A stretch of 64,000 nt of DNA. Origin: a virus (Duplodnaviria; Caudoviricetes). This document shows positions 58,501 through 64,000 of the stretch, in pieces. The position numbers were made by a program, and so were the translations under genes. Where the stretch lies: positions 1-64,000 of IMG/VR virus record IMGVR_UViG_3300049172_000088, one strand, 5' to 3'. Position 1 is the stretch's first letter. Every line of letters starts with the position of its first letter. The notes under the pieces were generated by a model. The model worked only from the letters and a program-made list of their open reading frames with translations, was not told the origin of the DNA and made no database searches.

Positions 58501-58554
58501 GGTGAGCGTGATGCTCCAGGAGCCGAGCCCCTGCACGACCTCCTGAACGGTCAC
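55531..58554 (-). CDS. Minor tail / host-specificity protein with FN3 domain and C-terminal chaperone-like domain
   Basis: GGAGG RBS before GTG 58554; FN3 (LSPGVEYDFQIRAVD..NAGAWS); KTFIIDHPLD...LVHATTESP...EYWG; 1007 aa. Confidence 0.88.
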   Translation of the reverse strand: MTVQEVVQGLGSWSITLTAETPKEITDRLGYFGHIAIFAGRVNPQEYRDNLLTQGRYVGVVTAKVMDDELKKLSGQGMELWLGDSDEKGEIFETPLNITGQSFANSIRAALGSGTAVIEGILHAVAGTYSGTHVWQNRRQAVQYVCQLFGAEYRVNGNATLDAGTQAQLYRATPVCAIVRKGLAGRDLSLSALPGDLELSQDVKDFTTRVVLLAEGQGDATATGSANISSNPYLDLRGQPIKRTRLVSESGTTTGNAGARAQLQLNRFTGTKNALRLSTEDYELDGSFRPGDMVWVYDPDAGLLDLNNEITFRGQRINPIALRTVEASWPVTEGMTVAYRHQDGTWYDLTDYVKFEAGATAIGVGELGRSLTSSGFEPVGPRPIPDTTIPGVVTWVLPFGSSVYLDALGNTRASILASWNLPLNSDGSTILDGHHYELRYGLSPASEWQIAYAPWSDLQVVVNDLSPGVEYDFQIRAVDSSNNAGAWSATETVLANPDTIPPSTPAPPTVAGSRLAIQIRHELGKASGGTFNLELDLDHLEVHVGAASGFTPDDTTLKGKVSAHAGMIAAGIPAIGTVEVEETTVRHVKVIAVDQAGNRSSPSAAATATALLIDSAHISDLTASKITAGSILADLTIAARIKTADTGARTEISTAGLQMFNGSNTALVSLQSNGVFFLRSGTTGARLDFSNVSGIQLYDASGTRTVWLDLDGSFELRSAASGARIQLDGTGFKAFNAGGTQTVDITSSGTVSLIGQLASGTSGRRIVVSPTGASIPEIRFYGSDGTTYASIQAPIATGVFDPSIVIRPSSTSPVDTNIRVGSGNVRMMADTSYALVDNSAVLLNTSTGHFQVGFGDAALIVDDQIIFNAPGGFSVNGNPKTFIIDHPLDRDRWLVHATTESPHAGVEYWGEVTLGEGGHAVVDLPSYFEALTAVEGRIVLTGNGPCSTSYPKDGRFTVRGAAGERVFWLVKAIRKDVPPLVVEPRRNEINVYGDGPYRYSTPKETTR

Positions 58555-58567
58555 CGCCCACCTCCAA

Positions 58568-58639
58568 GAATCTTTGTCTAAGTTATGGACAAGGTCTCTA
58601 GCATGTGCGAGTCTTTGTCCACCAGCTCGACAAAGACTC
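58568..58639. promoter_or_regulatory. Two tandem 11-N9-11 palindromic operators
   Basis: GAATCTTTGTC-N9-GACAAGGTCTC (58568-58598) and GAGTCTTTGTC-N9-GACAAAGACTC (58609-58639). Confidence 0.75.
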
Positions 58640-58651
58640 TCGGAGGATGGC

Positions 58652-59176
58652 ATGGAGCCGAAGAAGTTCATGAGCATGGCCGACGTCGGCAACCTGTTCG
58701 GCGTCTCCGCCGCCACCGTCTCCAAGTGGCGCGGACGCTACGCCGACACCCCGCACGCCACCCCCAAGCCCGCCGTATGGATCGGCGACACCCCCGGCTG
58801 GGACAATCCCGCCGACTGGCGAGCATGGAAAGAAATGCTGCCCGGCCAGGGCAAGGGCGGCGGCCCTTTGCCTCTCGCCACCGCCGAAGAAGAACTCAAC
58901 GCAGCGTTCAAGCGAGCCAGCCAGCGCTCTGAGAAAGTCGCGCACGCCCTCCGGGGCGTAGGCAAAGCCGCCCAGGACGCCGCCTCCCGGCTGCGGCTCA
59001 TAGCCCTGCACATCGCCGCCGCCGAGTACGGCGTGGACAAGGACACCATCATGGCCGTCTGGGTGAAGCTCGCCGAGGAGAACCCCGACATGCCCAACCA
59101 CGAGGTCGATCAGCGCGCGCTGGCCACCATCATGCGCGGACGGAAGAAGCTCGAACTCGAAACCGCCCCCGAATGA
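58652..59176 (+). CDS. HTH DNA-binding protein inserted antisense within the tail operon
   Basis: KFMSMADVGNLFGVSAATVSKWRGRY...PKPAVWIGDTPGW. Confidence 0.75.
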   Translation: MEPKKFMSMADVGNLFGVSAATVSKWRGRYADTPHATPKPAVWIGDTPGWDNPADWRAWKEMLPGQGKGGGPLPLATAEEELNAAFKRASQRSEKVAHALRGVGKAAQDAASRLRLIALHIAAAEYGVDKDTIMAVWVKLAEENPDMPNHEVDQRALATIMRGRKKLELETAPE

Positions 59177-59177
59177 C

Positions 59178-60350
59178 CTACCGGCGTACAGCCGCAACGA
59201 TTTCCGGCAGTGCCGCCAGGTATTGGTCGCGGAGCTTCCAGGCTTCGTCTCCGGGCACTGCCGAGTTACCTGCGACGACGACACCCACGTAGCAGTCCAT
59301 CCACGTGGTGGCCGTTTTCGTCATACCGCCGCTGGCGTGAAGATCGAAATTTCTTGCGGAGCCGCATGTCGCCTTGTTGCCGTCCGCGTCATCGGCGGTC
59401 TGCTGCAGGTAGGAGGTGCCGTCGGTCATCGCCGCCGCGCTGGCCAGGTAGACGCTGATGCTGCCGCTGTCGCCGCGCTGCACGTACAGCTCGACGATGC
59501 GGCTCCCCCGCCGGATCGTGAGGTCCACCGTCACCCGGCCCGGCGAGCGCGACTCGGTGATCCGCAGGATGCAGCACTCGGGGTCGTTGCGCAGGATCGT
59601 GGCCGAGTCCCAGCCCGTGATCGCGCCGGCGCCGATGTCGATCTGCCAGAGCTTCGGCCGCCACGCGCCGCCCGTGTAGGAGCTGACCTCGATCGAGGCG
59701 CCGGTGAACAGCCGCCTGACCCGCACGAGCCCGTTCGATACCTCCCACTGGTCTGGCGGCACTGCGGCCGCCAGGCCGGTGATCGTGCGCTGCGGGAAGC
59801 CTGCCAGGATCCGGACGCCGCCCTGAAGGTAGTCGCCGACGGCACACCCCCACCGGGGGCTGACGTTCGCGGGGATGGCCCGGTAGATCGTCATCACGCC
59901 GTCGGCGCCCGTGCGCGTCATCGTGCTGGGCGAGGTCGAGCCGGTGTAGTAGCCGTAGTGGCCGATCGCCGGCGCGTGCCAGCGCTCGCCGGTCAGCGCG
60001 AAATCGTTCTGGCGGATCGCGCCGGCCAGGCGGCTCTCCAGGTCGATGACGTTGTCGCCGCCGTGCCGCACCATGCTGAGCTTCCAGTCGGCGTACCCGG
60101 AGTAGCCCGCGAGGTCCGTCAGGGCGGAGGTGGCCGACGTCACCGTGTAGTAGCCGTCCCGCTCGCCCTTGACACCCCATTGCACCGGCACCAGGGAACC
60201 CGCCAGGCCCAGGATCGCCTCATGGGTCGCCAGCACGTTGTCCCGGCCGGTCACCGCCCACGGTTCCCTGCCCGACACCGACAGAGTGCCCGCCGCCTCA
60301 TCCACGCTGGCCGGCTCCCGCAGGCACACCCGGCCGACGATGAGGCTCAT
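59178..60350 (-). CDS. Tail protein (distal-tail-like)
   Basis: 390 aa; between the tape measure and the minor tail gene; ATGA overlap with the tape measure. Confidence 0.75.
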   Translation of the reverse strand: MSLIVGRVCLREPASVDEAAGTLSVSGREPWAVTGRDNVLATHEAILGLAGSLVPVQWGVKGERDGYYTVTSATSALTDLAGYSGYADWKLSMVRHGGDNVIDLESRLAGAIRQNDFALTGERWHAPAIGHYGYYTGSTSPSTMTRTGADGVMTIYRAIPANVSPRWGCAVGDYLQGGVRILAGFPQRTITGLAAAVPPDQWEVSNGLVRVRRLFTGASIEVSSYTGGAWRPKLWQIDIGAGAITGWDSATILRNDPECCILRITESRSPGRVTVDLTIRRGSRIVELYVQRGDSGSISVYLASAAAMTDGTSYLQQTADDADGNKATCGSARNFDLHASGGMTKTATTWMDCYVGVVVAGNSAVPGDEAWKLRDQYLAALPEIVAAVRR

Positions 60351-63300
60351 GCCTGCTCCTCGTCGAGTCCGCGCAGGTAGTCGCGCAGGTGGAGGGCGAG
60401 TTGGCGGGCGGCCGCGGACGGGTTGCGGAAGTCGAGGTCCGCGCCGTTCACGACCAAGCTGAGGTTGTCGATCGTCGTCCCTCCTCGAGCAACCGCGGGT
60501 GCGGTGTAGCCGACGCCGAACGACGGCGCAGGCCCGGCGCCGAGCGCGTCCATGCCGCCGAGGGCCACGCCGATCGTTGCCGAGTTCGCCAGGCCGGCCA
60601 CCGCGGACTCGACCAGGCCGGCTGCCTGGGTGATGCCGAGCGCCATGCCCGCGGGCAGCTCCCTGCCGATCGCGGCGAAGACTTTCGATGGGCTCGCGAT
60701 GCCGAGCACCGATTTGGCCCAGTCCGCGACGCTGCCGAAGAGGTTCTGAACCTCGCCGATGAACCAGTTCCACATGCTGACCAGGCCGTTCCAAAATCCG
60801 ACGACGAGGTCACGGCCTGCGTTGTAGAGCAGGTTGCCCATGTTGCCGAGCGCGCCGGTGATCCGGCCTGGGAGCCCAGAGATGAAGGACATGACGTTGT
60901 CGATGCCACGCGAGACAGCGTCCTTGATCTGGTTCCACTTCTCGGAGATGAAGTTCTTGACGCCGTCCCAGAAGTCGTTCCATCGCTGGCCGATGGCGTT
61001 CAAGATGTCGGAGATCTTGTCGCGGATCTCGTGGATCTTCATCTCGATGTAGTTCTTGATGAGGTGCCACCGCGCCTGAACTTCGTTGACCACTCGGCCG
61101 AGCCAGGTGGCGAACATCTCGGGCAGATCGCCGAACCAGGCGACGATCCCCTTGACCCAGTCGACGCCCTTCTGGAACCACGACTTAATCTCGGTGATCA
61201 GGTCGGGGATGATCGAATTGCCGACGAGCAGGTCAAAGATCCACTCGAAGATGTCGCCGATGCCGTTGACGACGTCCTCGATGATCCCGCCGACCCACTC
61301 GAACGCCGGAGTCAGCTTGTCGACGAGCCAGGTGATGACGGTGGCGATGATGTCGATCAGCGGGGTGAGCACGCTCACGATCAGGTTGAGGAGCACCTCG
61401 ATCAGCGGTGTCACGGCGACCACGAGCTGCGCGAAGATCCCGATGATCGGGGTAAGCAGCTGGGCCAGGGACGTGATGATCGGCAGCAGCGGCGTGAGGA
61501 TCGACGACAGCAGCTGGATCAGCGGCGGCAGCAGCGGCATGAGCGCCTGCAAGATCTGACCGAACGCGTTCGCGACCAGGCCCAGGATCGGCGCGAGCGC
61601 CTGGATGAGCTGGACGATCGGCGGCAGGATCGCCTGGACGATCGGGATGAACGCCTGCACCAGCTGCAGCACGATCGGCACCAGCGGCTTGATGATCTCC
61701 ATCGCGAGCTTCAGGAAGATCGGCAGCAGCGGCATCAGCGCCTGGAGGAGCTGGCCTACGACGCCGACGAGTTGCACGATGATCGGCGCCAGTGTGGTGA
61801 TCAGCTGGGCGAGGACCGGCAGGAACTGGATGACCAGCGGCGCGATTTGCGCCGCCAGCTGCACGAACATGGGGATCAGCGGCGTCAGCACCGGCAGCAA
61901 GCCGACGACCGCCTGGACGATCGAAAGGATCGCCGGCGCCGCGGCCTGCAGCGCGGTGAGCAGCGCCGTACCGATCTGCTGCGCCAGCTGGACGATGGTC
62001 GGCAGCACGGGTGTGATCGCGTTGACCAGCGCGGTGATGCCCTGCACGAGGATCCCGCCGAGCTGGGCCGCCACCTGGGCCGCGAGCGTGATCAGTGGCG
62101 CCAGCACCGGGAGGAGCTGCGCCACCGCCTGGGCGAGCTGGACGACGAACGGTGCGACCGCTTGAACGGCGTCCAGGAGGACTTGCCCGAGAGTGACGGC
62201 CAGCTCGCCGAGGGGCCCGAGCAGAGGCGTGATCCCCGTGAGCAGGCTGGAGATGACGCTGAGCAGCGTGGAGCCGATGACGCCAGCGATCTGGACGACG
62301 ATCGGCAGCAGCGGGGCGAGCGCTGTCAGCAGCGTGCCGAACGCGGTCACGAGCTGCCCGACGATCGGCGCGGCCTGCTGGATGAGTTGCACCATGATGG
62401 GCAGCGCGGCGGAGATGAGCTGGGTGATGATCGGCGCCAGGCCGGCGATCGCCTGCGCGAACTGCTGGATGTAGGGAGTGATCGCCTGGACGGCGGTAAG
62501 CAGGGCGCCGCCGATGGTCTGCAGGGCCTGGCCGAGGACGGCGATGAGCGGGGTGGCGGCGGTGACCGCGGTGGTGATCGCGGTCACGAGGGCCGTGCCG
62601 AGTGTGGCGGCGATCTGCGCGACGATCGGGATCAGCGGTGCGATCGCGGGCAGCAGGGCCCCGACGAGCGTCTGCACCAGCTGCGAGATCACGGGCAGCA
62701 GCGGGGTGATCGCGTCCAGCAGGATCGTGAATCCCTGAACGAGTGCGCCGCCGATCACCGTGACGACCTGCTGGAGCGTTCCGATCAGCGGGGTTACCGC
62801 GGGCAGCAGGCTCGACAGGAACGCGCCCGCCAGCAGCAGCACCTGCGCGACCAGCGGTGCCAAGGCAGCCACGAGCTGCCCGAACGCCGCCAGGATGGGG
62901 CTGAGCAGTGGCGCCAGTGTGGTCAGTGCGCTGACCAGTGCGCCGCCCACCGTGGTGGCGACCTGCGTGAGGACCGGCACCAGCGATGACGCCAGCACCG
63001 TTCCGAGCTGCAGCACCTGCGTGAGCAGCGGCCCCAGCGACACGAGCAGCTGCGTCAGCCCGGTCACCAGCTGGCCGATCAGCGGCGACAGCGTCTGGAT
63101 GGCGGAGACCAGCCCGGCGCCGAACGTCGTCGCCAGCTGGCCCACGGCGGCGACGAGCGGCTGCAGGAGCGGCACCATCGCCTGGACGTGCTGCGCCAGC
63201 GCGCCTCCCAGCATGGCGATGACCTGGCCGAGCACCGGCAGGAGCGGGGCGAGCGCGGCGCCGAGGGCGGAGATCGCGGAAGCGACCGGGGCCAGGGCTG

Positions 63301-64000
63301 GCGTGAGCGCCGTGAGGCCGGACGCGAGGGCGCCCAGGACCGCCTGTACGCCGGGTAGGAGCGCGACGATCGCGGGACCGATCGCCGCGACGAGCGGCTG
63401 CAGGGCGGCCAGCGCGGACCCGATGGCCTGCCCGAGCGGCAGCAGCGCGGGCGTGATCGCGTTGACTGCCTGCCCGATTCCCTGGAAGACCGCGATGACG
63501 CCGGGTCCGACCGCGGCGACTGCCGGGCCAAGCGCGGAGATCGCGCCGGCAAGGATCGGGCCGACGGTGGTAGCCAGATCGGCGACGATCGGCGCCAGGG
63601 CCGCGACCGCCCCGGCCAGCGCCTCGATGACCGGCAGGAGTGCGCCACCGACCTCCAGCAGCGCCCGCCAGATGGTGGCGATGACCTGCTGGCCCTGGGC
63701 GGAGTCGACGAACTGGTGCAGCCCGTCGAGCAGCTGGCCGAAGATGCCGAGGACGTTCTGGCCATCCGCCTGGATGGCGCGGAAGACTCCAGCGAGGATC
63801 CCGCCGAGGTCGCCGACGATGGCGGCGAGCTGCCGGAACACGGCGGCCGCGCCTTCCATCCAGTTCAGGGCCTGGCCGCTCGCCACCGCGTGCTGGAGGA
63901 ACCAGCCGAACCTCTGAGCTGCGGCGGTGATGCCGGGGACGAAGCCGGACAGCCAGCTCGCGCCGAGCACACCCAGGTCGCGGAAGCCGGCGAGCAGCGG
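60347..64000 (-). CDS. Tape measure protein (5' part outside the window)
   Basis: Over 1200 aa of amphipathic L/P/Q/A helical repeats; ends with ILGIASPSKVFAAIG-type motif (VLGIASPSKVFAAIG). Confidence 0.93.
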   Translation of the reverse strand, partial: PLLAGFRDLGVLGASWLSGFVPGITAAAQRFGWFLQHAVASGQALNWMEGAAAVFRQLAAIVGDLGGILAGVFRAIQADGQNVLGIFGQLLDGLHQFVDSAQGQQVIATIWRALLEVGGALLPVIEALAGAVAALAPIVADLATTVGPILAGAISALGPAVAAVGPGVIAVFQGIGQAVNAITPALLPLGQAIGSALAALQPLVAAIGPAIVALLPGVQAVLGALASGLTALTPALAPVASAISALGAALAPLLPVLGQVIAMLGGALAQHVQAMVPLLQPLVAAVGQLATTFGAGLVSAIQTLSPLIGQLVTGLTQLLVSLGPLLTQVLQLGTVLASSLVPVLTQVATTVGGALVSALTTLAPLLSPILAAFGQLVAALAPLVAQVLLLAGAFLSSLLPAVTPLIGTLQQVVTVIGGALVQGFTILLDAITPLLPVISQLVQTLVGALLPAIAPLIPIVAQIAATLGTALVTAITTAVTAATPLIAVLGQALQTIGGALLTAVQAITPYIQQFAQAIAGLAPIITQLISAALPIMVQLIQQAAPIVGQLVTAFGTLLTALAPLLPIVVQIAGVIGSTLLSVISSLLTGITPLLGPLGELAVTLGQVLLDAVQAVAPFVVQLAQAVAQLLPVLAPLITLAAQVAAQLGGILVQGITALVNAITPVLPTIVQLAQQIGTALLTALQAAAPAILSIVQAVVGLLPVLTPLIPMFVQLAAQIAPLVIQFLPVLAQLITTLAPIIVQLVGVVGQLLQALMPLLPIFLKLAMEIIKPLVPIVLQLVQAFIPIVQAILPPIVQLIQALAPILGLVANAFGQILQALMPLLPPLIQLLSSILTPLLPIITSLAQLLTPIIGIFAQLVVAVTPLIEVLLNLIVSVLTPLIDIIATVITWLVDKLTPAFEWVGGIIEDVVNGIGDIFEWIFDLLVGNSIIPDLITEIKSWFQKGVDWVKGIVAWFGDLPEMFATWLGRVVNEVQARWHLIKNYIEMKIHEIRDKISDILNAIGQRWNDFWDGVKNFISEKWNQIKDAVSRGIDNVMSFISGLPGRITGALGNMGNLLYNAGRDLVVGFWNGLVSMWNWFIGEVQNLFGSVADWAKSVLGIASPSKVFAAIGRELPAGMALGITQAAGLVESAVAGLANSATIGVALGGMDALGAGPAPSFGVGYTAPAVARGGTTIDNLSLVVNGADLDFRNPSAAARQLALHLRDYLRGLDEEQA

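Noticed and set aside
60389-63917. Long plus-strand ORFs opposite the tape measure, and similar ORFs opposite rsr, DUF932, yqaJ and the tail genes
   Set aside because: These are shadow ORFs caused by high GC3 bias. They have no recognisable motifs, while the opposite strand encodes clear phage proteins.

Overview
The whole window is temperate-phage DNA from a high-GC actinomycete host (about 70% GC by eye). Most genes are on the minus strand. Read right to left, the order is: tape measure (cut by the window edge), tail, minor tail, lysis genes, a plus-strand accessory block, serine integrase, repressor/cro switch, a long early region (RecT/YqaJ recombination, replication initiator, RusA, WhiB, BldC, tRNA, many small ORFs), then HNH, a small P-loop protein and a cos-like end. 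Phage genes flank the integrase on both sides, so this is virion/circular gene order rather than a normal attL-attR prophage. The main finding is at 39155-41323. A Cas7/RAMP-like gene and a partner gene lie downstream of a 1027-bp array (40297-41323) that parses without indels into 191 pentamers, (GGY/GTC)NN, and 18 four-base separators (17 GGCA, 1 GTCA). Three orphan mini-arrays occur elsewhere (about 11.7, 39.1 and 53.35 kb). Read as codon positions 1-2 with the wobble base skipped, the NN pairs spell phage-protein-like peptides, including a terminase-like VIDYGTTNPFA. Two orphan guides decode to near-cognate versions of the adjacent gene (18/24 nt for the endolysin, 14/18 nt for a small early gene). 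From memory this resembles the recently reported VIPR (Vipr/vrRNA) gapped-code RNA-guided systems; I cannot verify that here. Also present are a Ro60/Rsr gene with three tandem Y RNAs (two tRNA-mimicking), a tRNA-Leu(UAA) without a long variable arm plus a TTA-rich immunity-region gene, a HicA-type TA pair and several morons. Domain names come from motif recognition, not database searches.
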